From: Ophelia neglecta
Taxonomy: Eukaryota
Length of the DNA: 64,000 bases
Direction of reading: 5' to 3'
Assembly: GCA_965285935.1 (NCBI GenBank)
Contig: OZ260667.1
Location: forward strand, 14,942,001 to 15,006,000
Shown: one piece after another, positions 1 to 12,945 of the stretch
Numbering within the stretch: position 1 is the stretch's first letter
How the letters are laid out: the number at the start of each line of letters is the position of its first letter
Translations under genes and position numbers: made by a program
The notes under the pieces: generated by a model
Database searches by the model: none
What the model was told of the DNA's origin: nothing
Seen by the model: only the letters and a program-made list of their open reading frames with translations

Positions 1-302
1 GAACAGTTATCGGGCTGAATTTGTAAGTTTACAGCTGATATTATCATTCAGATTAAAGCTTTACTGCCTGTGTTGGAGCACCTGTCTGTACAACATAAGT
101 CTAGATCTGTTTATTAATGTGGCCGATCAGGGCCATCGATTCTAAAAGGTAGATTTCAAGCCAAATTTGACAGATATATTGCATATAGACCCCGGGGAAG
201 GGGAGCGGTGTACTCCCATATATAACCATTGTACGTGTGCTCCGCTTTATCGGGTTATTTCCTGTCAAATGGATTATCTGTTGTCATGATGATGCTATCA
301 TA
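1..302 (+). repeat. Dispersed repeat copy (cut by window start), near-identical to 2883-3183
   Basis: gaacagttatcgggctgaat...gatgatgctatcata occurs at 1-302 and 2883-3183 with only scattered substitutions. Confidence 0.9.
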
Positions 303-466
303 TGGTCTCCTTTTTCACATTCATACTATCAAATGAATCATCACATTTCTTATCATATCAAAAGGTCCAATTTTTCCTATGACAGATTTACACATGTAGA
401 TGATATAGACTATATATGGCTTTCCCCTACACACTCCAATATTAACAGGTTGGCGATTTGTAAGTA

Positions 467-625
467 GAGTAAAACCTGCCTTAAAGACCACCTCAACTCA
501 GACCACTAATATGAGGACCAGGTTGTATACTTTCAATGATAAATAACCTGTCTAAACAGACCACCTCCAAAATAAAACCAGCATTTCCAGTCCCTTGGGT
601 GGTCTTAATTAAACAGGTTTCACTG
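467..625. mobile_element. Tc1/mariner-type MITE (family A, copy 1)
   Basis: TA-flanked; TIRs gagtaaaacctg...caggtttcactg; internal AGACCAC repeats; second copy at 1444-1621. Confidence 0.75.
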
Positions 626-632
626 TATACAC

Positions 633-732
633 GTGGGGGGGGGGGGCATCATATGTTTTGCCCCCCCCCCCCCCCCACTTTTTATGCCGCTGATGTAAAG
701 TTGGCCCCCTCACTTTTTCCTTCCTACGCCTC
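633..732. repeat. 3' fragment of the G/C-tract MITE seen complete at 25491-25925
   Basis: Shares catcatatgttttgccccc...gatgtaaagttggccccctcact...ttccttcctacgcctc with 25830-25922. Confidence 0.75.
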
Positions 733-1443
733 TTGTATTTCATCTAAATAATATCAATATTATTTAAGGCCAATCAACCCTAAATGGTGAACAGACTGGA
801 AAGTGGATTGACTATGATATCCGGTGATAGGAGTTCTGTGTCTGTGCAGCAGCTGCAAGTAACAAGACTATTACTGCACCGCATCTCCTTCTGATGAATT
901 TGTGCCTTTCTGTCAAAGGAATGGAATGGGCTATGTCAACAAGGTGAATAAAATTAGAATATACATAATAATAGTCTAAATGTGGTGATTGTAACCTAAC
1001 TATAACACCAAACCTACGCAAACAAATGACCACCAAGTTGTCCATGTTAAAGATATAGTTGTCATTGGTCTGATTAGAGGCTTGAACAATATTTACCTTC
1101 TGATGACATATGTATAATCACTCTTCCTGCACCCGCGAGGAGGCACAGGGCCATTAACCGCCAAACTGGTGTTATTCCATGGGAAGTTAGATCCATGGGG
1201 GAGGGAATGGGGGACACAATATTACTGGTGGGGTGGGTAAAGACAAAAGTGTTCCACTCGCCCAATGTGCATGTTTACGGAATAGCACTTAGGTTTTTTC
1301 ATCAGTCATTTTCTAGTCATGTCCCAGCCTCTCCAATTTATGCAACTTGTGGCTGGGTGATATAGTCATTGACAACGACTCTATTACAATTAACGACTTT
1401 AATTAACGACTCTACTACAAGTTCCCGAGCTCGAACCGAATTA

Positions 1444-1621
1444 CAGTGAAACCTGCCTGAAAGACCACCTCTATATTCAGACCACCTGTCAATTTGGGCC
1501 ACTAATATCTCGATCATACTACACAATTTCAATGAAACATGACCTGTGTAAAAAGACCCGTTCTATAATCAGACCAGTACTTTGAAGTCCCTTGGGTGGT
1601 CTTTATTCACAGGTTTCATTG
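1444..1621. mobile_element. Tc1/mariner-type MITE (family A, copy 2)
   Basis: TA|CAGTGAAACCTG...CAGGTTTCATTG|TA; internal AGACCAC repeats as in 467-625. Confidence 0.8.
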
Positions 1622-2882
1622 TATAGAACTTGATTTGTAAAAGAAAAGAGACACAGATCATAACAAAGGTCTCTTGTCATCACTCTTATTGAGGTCTCCG
1701 CCAAACACAAAAACCTTAATATATGTACTATGCAAATCCGCAAATACTTTTCTGGCTGTGCAATGTACGCTGTTCAGCAGAATCAGAGCTGTGATGATAG
1801 AGTTTATGAGAACGTGACAAAAGGAGTCCACTAATTTATGGTTTGTCCATATTTCTAGCAGTTCCAAGCAACCAACAAAATATAACCCCCCCCCCCCCGC
1901 CACCCCCCCCGCCACCCCCCCCCCATCCCACCTCATAGTTTCGCCCCACCCCCACCTCCCACCTCAGAGACCTTCGGCAACCGTGTGTCAGTAAAATGAA
2001 GGTTATGGCTATTTGGGCCGGGAGCACTTACACTGAAATTCAATGTTGATACATTATTCGATTGATAATTTTAATTTTTCCTGTTGCATTTAGAGTTATT
2101 CCATTAGAAAAGATGGTTGGACTGAATTATAATGTTTCCTTCACATGATTTTATTTGTTCATATATCACACTCAGGTTCCAAGCCAGGTGTAGACAAAAA
2201 ATCTGATCCACCATCACCAGATTTTTCCAAATGGATTAGGCCTTAAAATTTGTATCTCACTTTAGTAGATAATGTTTCTTGGTTTACTTATTCTTATGCC
2301 ATGCTCAAATGTACATTCTTATTTTCTCCAGGTCACTGCGAGTTGTGGAGTTCCCCTGGGAAATTAGTGCCAAGGCCGCAAGAAGGCGCTCAAGAGGGCT
2401 AAACTTCGACTGAGGCAAAATCTGGTAATACTAAAACAGACCGATTGGAGGTGGCACAAGGGACAGCATAGGCAAGTCATAAAAACTTTTAAGGCAAACT
2501 TTTATTTACCAATAAAACATTTTAATGCTGTTCAGTTGCCTATAAGTATGTTTTGCTATAAAGCAATAAGATATTATGTGCTTTGCTGGCGACACCTAGG
2601 AAAGTGGTTCAATTTAGTAATGTCAAATTTTGGTAATGCCATGATAATAGAGCTAAGCTTTACTTATTCATCAGCCGACAGTAAGCTTTCGGTGTTGACT
2701 TTTGACAGTACGCTGGTCTCACCTGAGTAATTAGTAGCGGCCTTGACCGCGAGAACCAAAACAAAGGTAACTTCCATGCAGGCGTATGGCTGCATGTAAG
2801 CATGCTATATAAATAATAGAAATTTACATTGAGACTAGAAATGGTGTACCTTGGACGCGTGTAATGACACTTAGTGGATAAA

Positions 2883-3183
2883 GAACAGTTATCGGGCTGA
2901 ATTTGTAAGTTTACAGCTGATATTATCATTCAGATTAAAGCTTCACTGCCTGTGTTGGAGCACCTGTCTGTACAACAGGTGTCTAGATCTGTTTATTAAT
3001 GTGGCCGATCAGGTCCATCGATTTTAAAAGGTAGATTTCAAGCCAAATTTGAGAGATATATTGCATATAGACCCCGGGGAAGGGGAGGGGTGTACTCCCA
3101 TATATAACCAGTGTAGCGTGCTCCGCTTTAGCGGGTTATTTCCTGTCAAATGGATTATCTATTGTCATGATGATGCTATCATA
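2883..3183 (+). repeat. Dispersed repeat copy, near-identical to 1-302 (probably extends further 5')
   Basis: Direct sequence match to the window start. Confidence 0.9.
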
Positions 3184-6136
3184 AGGCCCTCCTATAATTA
3201 TGTAGTAAACTTAGACAACGAGATAAAGTTGGGTAATTTAAAGGAGTACATGATGAATAGTAATTACCAATGCCGCGCACGGCAAAAAGAGCGATCATCG
3301 TTTTTTGTTTCACCACAGTAAATAGCCTTACTCCGCGCACGTTATATGCGACTTGCTGTGCCGAATTTAACGATGCGCGAGGTTACCTGAATACGCCCGA
3401 CTAAGAGCCGCCGAAAAAGAAAGACGGGAAAACGTGTATTGATATATTTAGCCAATTAAGCTGATGAATTAAGCTATATAAAGTAGTCCTGTATTGCTTC
3501 ATTACAGCATGGCAGCCTGTTTATAGCCAAAATTGAAGTCGAGCAAATGCTTTTTCGTTTAATTTCTATAATTTCAATTTCAAACTTACAGTATTCTCGA
3601 TGGTGCTGCACTTTCACTTGTTTAACTTTGTTACTTTTGAGTAGGTCTCGGATTACAAAAGAGGTCAACGCATGTAGGGGGAGGGGGTGGGGGAGGGGGG
3701 GGGGACATCCAGAGGCCCAGAGTCGGATTATGCTGAGTGGGTTCTTTTCAACTGAAAGAACACATCAGTGAATTTGGGCAGCACAACCAAGCAGAAAGCT
3801 TTCTTTGAATAGAGTAGATATATGGGAATCAAAACTGTTAGCCTTAGGCCATGGACAATAGGAACTTTGTTATAGCGAACCTTTCTTTCCTCACATGTAA
3901 TTCAAATTTTTTTTTTAATTCCAAAATATTGTGGAATTCGCAGATATTTTGTTTATTGTGCCAAATGGGTAAGTTTTGATTAATATATATTTGGTACTTT
4001 CTTCCAAACAGTGAAATTTGTAATAATGTTGTTTTATTTGGAGTTGGCAGTGAAAATAAACCGACATATGTTACCTTTGTCCGTTTTAAAGCAGCGATAT
4101 AATATACCCCTTTGTGGGAGCTCTGTGTGTATGTGTCCAGCGACTTATAACTGCTGGGACGGTAACCAAACTTAATCTCCTTTCATGGACTTACTCCACG
4201 TTGTGCGATGCATAATAATTATTACTTTGCTGAATTAAACGAAGGATTGCGCACTGCATTAAACAAAACGATAGCATACGATCTGCGTGGTATTAAACGA
4301 TTAGCGCTTAAACTCTACTCTTACCCTACCCTGAATTCCTCGGTAGATCTATGGTTACTGATACGCAAATTTGGCCAATATTTTGGGGCTTGACTCTGAT
4401 AGATTGACCAGGAGATTGCCGTAAGTGCTCAGTCACTGCTTGTATCCCTTATCAACTCTAAGGTAGCACTAATGGTAAAACCGGCTGCCTGCTTTGTAGC
4501 AGATATGCTTGTTCTGAATAAAGGGGAATTTGGCTTCAATGGGGAAGGCAAAAGCCGCCTGGACAATTAAAGTTATGGGAGTAGGCGCAGTTTATCGACA
4601 AATAGCTCCGGCAAAATGGGAGATTAGGAGCATGGTGTGGGATTTCTAAAGTTTGGGAGAGTTTTAGCTTTGGAGGCTATGACGATTATTCCCGAGTTGT
4701 TGATATCCGAGAAGTGCACATAAGTTCATAAATATCATACAATGCGACTTGTTCGGCCGACCAGCTATCAAGCCGGGTTACACCGCCTCATTGTGTTCAT
4801 GTGTAGGCAAATGAATAATTATTTGACAAAGTTGTCCCAGATATTCGTTTATATAAGCCCTTGAGGGAATATTGATTGTGAAGTATTAGCTAAATCTATC
4901 ATTTCATCATATTATATCAATTTACTCTAGACAAAGACTAACGTTCATGGAGATTTACTTTCTTCGAGTGATATTGTTTACACTCATCATTGGTTTCTTT
5001 TTTAAGGGCGACGTTTATGTGATGTCTACGCAAACCACAGATAAACCTAAATTGGTTCCGGTGGGGGCAAGGTTTGGTGCTCTAAGCCGGCTAGAAAGGG
5101 AGTACGGCTACCCTTGGAATGGAATGGACTTCCCAGATCTTAGACCCGCCCTGTGGGAGAAATGACACATCGGACACCCTCAGCCTGCTCTCTGGGGCAA
5201 CAAGTACAGTGAAATCAACAGGAATTCATGGCCAGTCACCAAGAAATCCTCATGTGTTTACCCTATCGGCAAGTTGTTGATATCCAGGTGTTAACCCGTG
5301 TACTAGCAAGCAGGCCGCCCAATATTACACCATGAGGCGATTTATTGATCTATAATGCTCGTAATATGGGGCCGCCTGCTCATAGAAGGATATCAGTCTT
5401 CTACCCCTTCCGGAGTTTTGCGGCGTATTACATGGGAGTAGACAGGCAGGCAGGCAGGCCCCTCACCCTCAAGGAGCTCTCTGGGGTGAGTTTTTGCAAT
5501 CAAAGTGAGTGTCGGTCCTACCGTTATTGTTAGCAATTGAATCCGCCTTGTTCAACGAAGCGGCCAATTACCTGGTGTCCACTCCACCGTGACGAGTGAC
5601 CACGGCTTCACTCAGAGCATACAGCACTGTACAGGTCAGTGCTTGACAGTGGTTTCTTGCCATTGCCACAGTACAAGTCGACACTGACTTCAACGTGGTT
5701 CATTTCTGCCGGGCTCTCGCATTTAACGCTGCAAATAGTAATTCTTGGACTTTTCAGGACAACAATCTTGACCGGAACCTCGAGGCCAGTTGGTGTATAC
5801 GCACCTGCGCAGCTACTGAGTTCGATAGCAAAAGTCACAGTGTTTACTTGTGGATAATAAGGACATATTCACATTCACATTCAGGATTTCTTGGAGTATT
5901 TTACCAGAATAACACCATATCGAACTTTGAAGAACGTCAATTACGCCTCGAATAATGCGGAATGATAGATGTTATTTATATTTTCATTTGTCACTCGTAT
6001 TGTTTTATGTGTAACACTTTACTGAAGGATATGGACGTGTGCCGTATGACACATGGTAAGTTAACATGATTTATCTTATCTCTCTTACAATCTTGTTTCC
6101 ATGGTTCCTTTGATTTATGGGACCTTCGGGTTCTAC

Positions 6137-6255
6137 TCCCTCGGTTGCTTGGCATGCTGATGTAAAGATTGGAGGAAGCAAATACGCAGCAAATAAGCAA
6201 AATATCAGCATGCCAAGCAACAGAGGGATTTTTTTTCTATTTGCTGCGTATTTGC
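6137..6255. repeat. Two interleaved inverted repeats (A-B-A'-B')
   Basis: 6137-6161 pairs with 6204-6228 (24/25); 6178-6195 pairs with 6238-6255 (18/18). Confidence 0.9.
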
Positions 6256-6439
6256 AGTTTTTTTTTTTTGACAGTTGACAACTGATCTGAACATTTCCTT
6301 TACTATCATGTATACCTGTTAATGATACTTGCGACCTACACTTCATGTTTTTTTTAATCATTTCAAAGCGCCTAGAATCGTTTTAAAACATTGTGCTGCT
6401 ATACAACTTGTTAAATGCTGTTTTAATATAAAAGCTTAA

Positions 6440-6900
6440 AAATGGCATTTCTGTATGAACTCATAAACTTTCCAACATTTTTTGTTTGTTTTTCTGCTTG
6501 TTATGGCATTCTGAAGCGTATGTGAAAGTTTCAGGTCTCTAGAGATGATTATAAAAGGTTCCTTTTTCATTATTTGGATTAAATTCCATTTTGATCATAA
6601 AAACCTTTAAAAATAGCTTTTTAGAATGAGTCCATGTATTTTTCAATGTATTTTTTTCTTTTTGTGCTTGTATCGGCATGCTGAAGCTTGTGTGAAAGTT
6701 TCAGATCTCTGGGATTGATTTTAAAATACCATTTTCAATATTTTGGAAAAAAAACTGTTTTTCCTCATAAAAGGCTAAAAAATGGCTTTTCAGAATGACC
6801 CCATGTATTTTTCAATGTATTTTTTCTCTTCGGTGCTTGTAATGCCATCCTGAAGCGTTTGTGAAAGATTCAGAGCTCTAGGATTGATTTTAAAGCCCCT
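6440..6900 (+). repeat. Diverged tandem repeat, about 170-bp unit, about 2.7 copies
   Basis: Recurring tgcttg..ggcat(g)ctgaagc..tgtgaaagtttcag..ctct..gattgattttaaa near 6495, 6665 and 6835. Confidence 0.8.
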
Positions 6901-7253
6901 TTTTTATTTATTGTACTAAAATCTTTTTTTTATGTTTTCACTGTATTGCAGTAGAAAACTAGGGCCATTTAAATAGCATTCAACGAAAAATTGTGTAAAT
7001 GCATGTGATTATTTATTTCTTTTATTTCAGGCAAAAAAAATAAAATCGGGAAATTAGAAAATTTTCAATCCGCCCCTCTCCCCTCCCTTCCTGTCCTGTC
7101 CCCTCCCCCTCTCTCTCTCTCCGTCTCCGTCTCCCCCCATCTCTGGCTCGTCCCGGGTCTGCTCAGCTCCCTCCTGCTACCGTCTGCTGGAATGAAACAC
7201 ATATTAATGTTAGTACAGTACGACGACTTCAATTTCAGAATTCGATTCTCACT

Positions 7254-7325
7254 TACCTCTGTCTAGGATCGAACCCCAGACTCTGGCGTGGCAGGCCCGC
7301 ACGCTATCCACTCACCCACGTAGGC
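7254..7325 (-). pseudogene. tRNA-derived (Gly GCC-like) pseudogene or SINE head
   Basis: Minus strand reads GCCTACGTGGGTGAGTGGATAGCGTGCGGGCCTGCCACGCCAGAGTCTGGGGTTCGATCCTAGACAGAGGTA: A box, CT-GCC-AC loop and B box GGTTCGATCC are present, but the acceptor and T stems are mismatched. Confidence 0.6.
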
Positions 7326-7364
7326 GCGCCTGAGTGAATAAAGTTGGAACTTTGTGCAATGATT

Positions 7365-7720
7365 TTAACCGGAAGTACTTTACTATAGTACATACTTTCC
7401 CGAATGGTGGCAGCACAGGTTTTGCTATACTACTCACAAAAAAAGTAGTATTTAAAAACTACTTTCTGCTCGCCGGACAAGAAAACGAAAACCTTCTAGT
7501 CATTACCGGAAACTACTCTACTATAGGACCAACTATCCCGTAGGGTGGCAGCACGAGGCTTCTTATACTACTCACAATGACGTAGCATTTTAAAACTACT
7601 TTACGCTAGTCTGAGAGGATAAAGTTGAAACTATTCTTTAACCGGAAATTACTTTACAACAGTACAACTTTCCCACAGGGTGGCAGCACGAATTTCAAGT
7701 TTTTTTAAAACTACATTCCG
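7365..7720 (+). repeat. Tandem repeat, about 135-bp unit, about 2.6 copies, each with GGTGGCAGCAC
   Basis: accggaa..tact...actttccc...ggtggcagcac...tttaaaaactac recurs three times. Confidence 0.8.
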
Positions 7721-9287
7721 GTAAATTCTTGATTACATGACGAGAATTATTAAATGAAGCAGTTTTTATTTAGAACTTCTCAACATAAGATTATCAAAAG
7801 GTTTTGACAGATGAAATAATATTTAAGCCAGCTACCAACTTAAGGCTATCAGGCCTGCCAAAACATAAAGGGGGTAAGTGGAAACCCCGAGTACAAATAA
7901 AAGAAAATACAACAATAGTCTGCAGAAATTTTACACACAAAACTATGCGGGTGACAGATGAAAATATGTAACATCTACCAATCCGCATGATTCTATGCGT
8001 TTCTACAGTTTCGAAATGTATGAAGATTCGTCCAAAATCCTGTCAAATTTGGTAAAGTCATACGGAGTGTGTTCTATTCATCTAGACAGGGATAACTTTA
8101 TTATTCTATGCGTCTACGATGCCTGGATAACGTGTAAAAGTATAGGGACAAGTCACCCTGATTTATCACAATCATCCACGCGGAGCTAATTACTGTAATA
8201 TCTGCTCTGGCTGGTCACAACTGTCTGCGGATGTCCTTGTTTCTATAGCCATGTTGTTCCGGTTTAACTTTTACCAAGCATTACCTCCGCACATGTAATG
8301 TAATCCGCTTTCAGCGGTAAAATGATAGAAAAATGACAGAATTTATTCCAAATTGCTTCTGTTTCGGCTTATTTCCAGACTGCGCTTGTTATTTATAAAT
8401 GGTATGGTGTGTTCCAGGCCGATGTGTGAAAGCATGTCACTCGTCCCGGTCGACTGACCTCCATGGAAATTGGCATCTGGCTTGAACACAACATCGGCTC
8501 AGTTTATGACATGACCACCTGGTAGAGTTTGGCCTTCAATACTATCATAGGCGGAGTCGTGGGGTGGGGGGTCCTAATGATCGTCCTGAAAAATACATGT
8601 AAATAAAAAAGAAGACATGTGCAAGGATCAAACCAAATCGAGAAACACATGCAATTTGATGATTTCCAGGAACCAAGCTGAGCCAGTGTGGACATTTTCA
8701 TTATGATTTTAATCGAATGTGCTTCAATTAATTTTTCTCTAGTGTTGGAGTAAGTTATTAACCCTATTCCGTGTATGCAGTGTAAAATTTTGGACGATAT
8801 TTGTTCAAAAAATTTGCTAAATTCAAGGCATTAACAGGCGTAATCAGCAATTTGTAAAGGCGTGTTGGCCTAAAAAATAAAAGAACAAAACACTTTATGA
8901 TGTCCGAATACTAATGACCACCAACCAACCCTGCTGCATTATATTAAAGATGGGATTAGAAAATGTCGAACGTAAGTAATTACGACCTCCTCTACAGGGG
9001 AATTATTGAAGCAAATTATAAAGTTCTGTACTAGGGGAATCAGCATATTTGTGAATAGCGTTTCATATACACCAAGGCCTTCATATTATACACAGCCCAG
9101 CGGATACATAATGAAACTGCGACCTGAAACAACTGATCGCATCAATGAAGGGTCAAGAACCAAACCGACTGGACAGACCAAAATAACGATACACATAACA
9201 TGGTCAAGGAATGTGATAATATAATGGACCTATAGATAAAAGGATATGAAAGAAGTTGAAATGATAGAAGTGAAATATAAAATCCTT

Positions 9288-9570
9288 ACCGTCGGGAGGG
9301 GGGATAGGGGATGGGGGATGGGGGCGTGGCCAGGGGTCTGACTGTCGGAAGGGTGAGGGTGGGGGTGAGGCCGGAGCTTGACCGAGGGACTGACCGTCGA
9401 GAGGTCGAGAGGGGGCACGGGGGTATGGCCGGGAAGCAGACCGTCGGGAGTGTTGGGAGGCGGCGGTTGTGTGGCTTAAAATTGACTATTGGGAGGGTGG
9501 CGGGGGGAGGGTGGCGTAGGGGCTGGGGCATGGCCGGGCAGCTGACCATCAGGAGGATGGGGGTTGGGAG
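9288..9570 (+). repeat. G-rich degenerate repeat with recurring (t)gaccgtcgggag motif
   Basis: Motif variants recur about every 50 bp, separated by G-runs. Confidence 0.65.
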
Positions 9571-10129
9571 GTTTCAACCAAAGCGAGAAACATTTGCAAC
9601 TTAATGATTTCGGTCATGACATAATAAAAAAAAATCTGTTAAGATTTATACAGTCTTACCAATAAGCTGATAATCAGTGTCTCCACTGACATGGCTTCAC
9701 TTACAGACTAAAATAACTAAAACAACTTACGAAAGCAAATCTACCCCAGGAGATAGAAAGGTACCAGTTTATTCAATACATATTACAAAACACGCCGAGC
9801 CCACTTAATATATTCGACCTAAAGAAAACAGACCAAAATTCAAAATAGACCCCTATTCGTATGAAACAATAACTTCAACCAGACCAAAAAACTAGACAAA
9901 ATCACACAACCCGAGAATAAACCAAATTACCTAGAAAACAAACCAAGTCCAAACAACACAACTCAAATAAACACAAACTACATAGGTTCTAACATGTCGG
10001 CAAATTATACTCCTACACCCAAAGTCAACACTTAAGAAGAATACCAAGCAAACTGAGGCGACATTTCAGTCTTAGGCAGACTAAAGAAATATGTAGATTT
10101 TACAGGAAAATAGGAATATCAAAATTCAT

Positions 10130-11140
10130 CACAAATACCATTTAAGATGGATATATTTTACCTTCAAAAGCCACCCCAAAGCAACTTTTCCTCAAAAACA
10201 ATGCATCAAGCAGAGAAAACCCAGAATATGTCAGGAACTCAATCGACCAACTATTAGACTATTATTTGGGCAATTAGAGAATCACCAGTACCAACAACAG
10301 TCTTTATTCCTCTCACAGTAACAGTCAAAAACGGCAAGCAAAGACTAGTCTTAGACCTAAGAAACTTAAACCAACAAACAAATAAACAAAAAGTAAAGTT
10401 TGAAGAAACAGCACAAAATTATATCAAAATAAAAGGCTATGCATTCAAATTCGACCTCAAATCCGGTTACCACTACATACAAATACATCTCTCATTCTAC
10501 AAATATTTATACACATACATCAAAACCACACAATATATTTCTACTTCTTACCAATCCCATTCGGACTCTAATCATCAGGACACATATTCACAAAAAAAAT
10601 GAAAGAGCTCATCAAACATTGGCGCTCACAAACGTTTCAAATAGCCAACTTCCTAGACGACGGATTCGGAACAAAAAACACTTTTGCATTAGCAAATAAA
10701 CACAGAAATCTAATAAAACCAGATCTCATCTCCGCAGGATGGGTCCCAAACCTAGAAAAGTCAACTGGCCAACCAGTACAAATCATCCAATGGCTAGGCT
10801 TTGTTTCGACTTTAAAAGAGGAATAATTTATGAATCAGAAGAAAAAATCCTGACAATCGGTAGTTTAGCAGACAATTTAAACAACACACAGTACCAGTAA
10901 AAACCATTGCCAAAATAGTAGGAAAAATAATCTCACAACACTTATCACACACAGACGTAGTTTACATCAAAACAAGATGCCTCCCAGAAGCAATCAAAAA
11001 AGCAGATTCATGAAATTCAATGACACAAAGAAAACAATCCATGAGAGTAGAATTGGAATTCTGGAACAAAATATTAATTTATTCAGTAAATATTCATTCA
11101 TATGTTCTCCAACTGTGAGTAAAATTGTATACTCAGACGG
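10130..11140 (+). pseudogene. DIRS/Ngaro-like reverse transcriptase remnant
   Basis: Translated pieces: PLTVTVKNGKQRLVLDLRNLNQ, FKFDLKSGYHYIQI, PFGL*SSGHIFTK, IANFLDDGFG, IQWLGF. Confidence 0.85.
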
Positions 11141-11479
11141 GCAGATACATCATTACATAACACTGTTCAGGGTGGATAAACCTATTCATAGCACTGGTAG
11201 AGGTGAATAAATCCTTACATATAACACTGGTTTTGTTCAGTTTTGTTTGTAACAAGCAACACATTGCACAAACAATTTTATTACAGCAGCCAAAGCCTAG
11301 GACAGAATTGGGGGCCTATAGGAGACCACCTCTGTGCAGTAAATGAGTATTTAGATTTAACCTAGGTATGATTTATGAAGGAAAAAAGACTAAAACCATG
11401 AATTCTACCCCTAGTTTAGCAGCCAGACATTAGTATATTCGGAAAACCAGAAATACACCGATTTGTACAGAAAACCCAG

Positions 11480-12060
11480 ACGACAGGAATATATCACTAC
11501 AAGACCAAAGGACCATAACCATGTTTATACTAGCTTTTGCAGGCTTTTCAGATTCTCAGAAATAATATTGAAAGGAAGTGATTTCCAATTCCATGATTGC
11601 TATATGTCGATATTTATCGAAAAATCAAAGACCGATACATATCGAGAAGGTAACACTTCCGTTATCGCCAAAACCAACTACCCACTGTGCCCAGTTATGC
11701 ATTTTCAAAATTATATCACCAGCGTCAAAATACCAGACGAATCCAACGAATAGGTATTCAGAGCCCTCACTCCAAGAAAACCACTAATTCTTTTATCTTG
11801 AAAAAAACAAACCAACCCATTTCATATACCAGAATGGGAGAAATATTACAAGAAAAATTAACTCTTTTATGATAATTATGATCATAGCCAATTGGCCACA
11901 CATTATTTCAGATCTGGTGGCGCCAGCTAAGCGGCAAACGCAGGCGTACCAGGTAGATTATTTAAAAGGCATGAACGGTGGAAATCCGAGAATGCCAAAG
12001 ACGGCTACATAAAAAATAATTTGGAAAAAGGTTAATGGTTTCCTTAAGCCTGGACTTGTA
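11480..12060 (+). pseudogene. Tyrosine recombinase remnant
   Basis: LAFAGF/FRFSEI (catalytic R box), IEKSKTD (K), HYFRSGGAS (HxxR), FKRHERWKSENAKDGYI (H/W...Y). Confidence 0.85.
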
Positions 12061-12700
12061 AATCAGATTCAGATATCAGCCGCAACAGAGCACCAACTAT
12101 TTACAAAAGAGTCAAAATATGCAGTGTGCAGGCTATGTTTCGGACGAAAATTGTATATACATATAAACCAAGCAGGCCTATAAGCCCTAAAAATAAACAC
12201 AACTTCCTGTAGTCGGCTTCCTAATGTCCACTACCGACGTGTTGTAATCATTATGGTTAAAATTTTACCTATGTTTAACATATTGAATAATCTACGAAGG
12301 AATAATTGTACAAGTGCAAGGAGTCCGGCTGCAGAACATGTGAGCACATAATTCGGAGAGACTCGTTCACTTTCAACTCTACCAATACTACATTTAGGGT
12401 AAAAAGTTCTATGAAATGCATGACCAAGAATATACTGTAGGCCTATGTATTGCAATGCGAAGGCTGCAAGGAACATCGGGCAAACAAAAAACTCACCAGG
12501 ACACGATTAGCACTGCAGCGACAAGGGATCAATGATCTGACTTGATCTGTTGAGTTTCTTAGCACGTATTGCAAAATGTGCCGGTCATTTAGATATAAAA
12601 CAAACAGCTCGGAAAAATTATTTACAGACACTAATGAAATGTATTTTATAAAGAGTTTGTAAACAAAACAAAATGAAATAAAATTATTAACAAGGCAGAC

Positions 12701-12945
12701 CAGGGGTCTACACTAACTTTTCTCAGCACTTGCCCTGAGGGCAAGTAGCACCAGGAAACTTCTTGCCCGCACCATAGGCTTACTGTCCCAAAAATATTTG
12801 TACATATAAAATATACAAGATATCCAACAATCGGCCATTTGGGAAATTTTAGCAGGTTGCCCGGCGGGAAGTTAGTAACTAAAACCTTTGAGCCCGCAAG
12901 CAGATTTGAGGTGCCCCGGGACGTGGGGCAATAGTTAGTGTAGAC
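12701..12945. mobile_element. Small TIR element (hAT-like MITE)
   Basis: CAGGG start; inverted repeat gtctacactaact (12706-12718) / agttagtgtagac (12933-12945); right terminus degraded. Confidence 0.55.

Larger units (their letters stand above)
10080..12060 (+). mobile_element. Decayed tyrosine-recombinase retrotransposon (DIRS/Ngaro type)
   Basis: RT remnants followed on the same strand by tyrosine recombinase remnants, with many stops and frameshifts and a strong A/C strand bias; ends not resolved. Confidence 0.85.

Noticed and set aside
4947-5955. GC-richer stretch with short ORFs (PVGARF... faintly like the start of a DIRS RT)
   Set aside because: No catalytic motifs or consistent frame; could not be assigned.
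7254-7325. Functional tRNA-Gly
   Set aside because: The acceptor and T stems have multiple mismatches.
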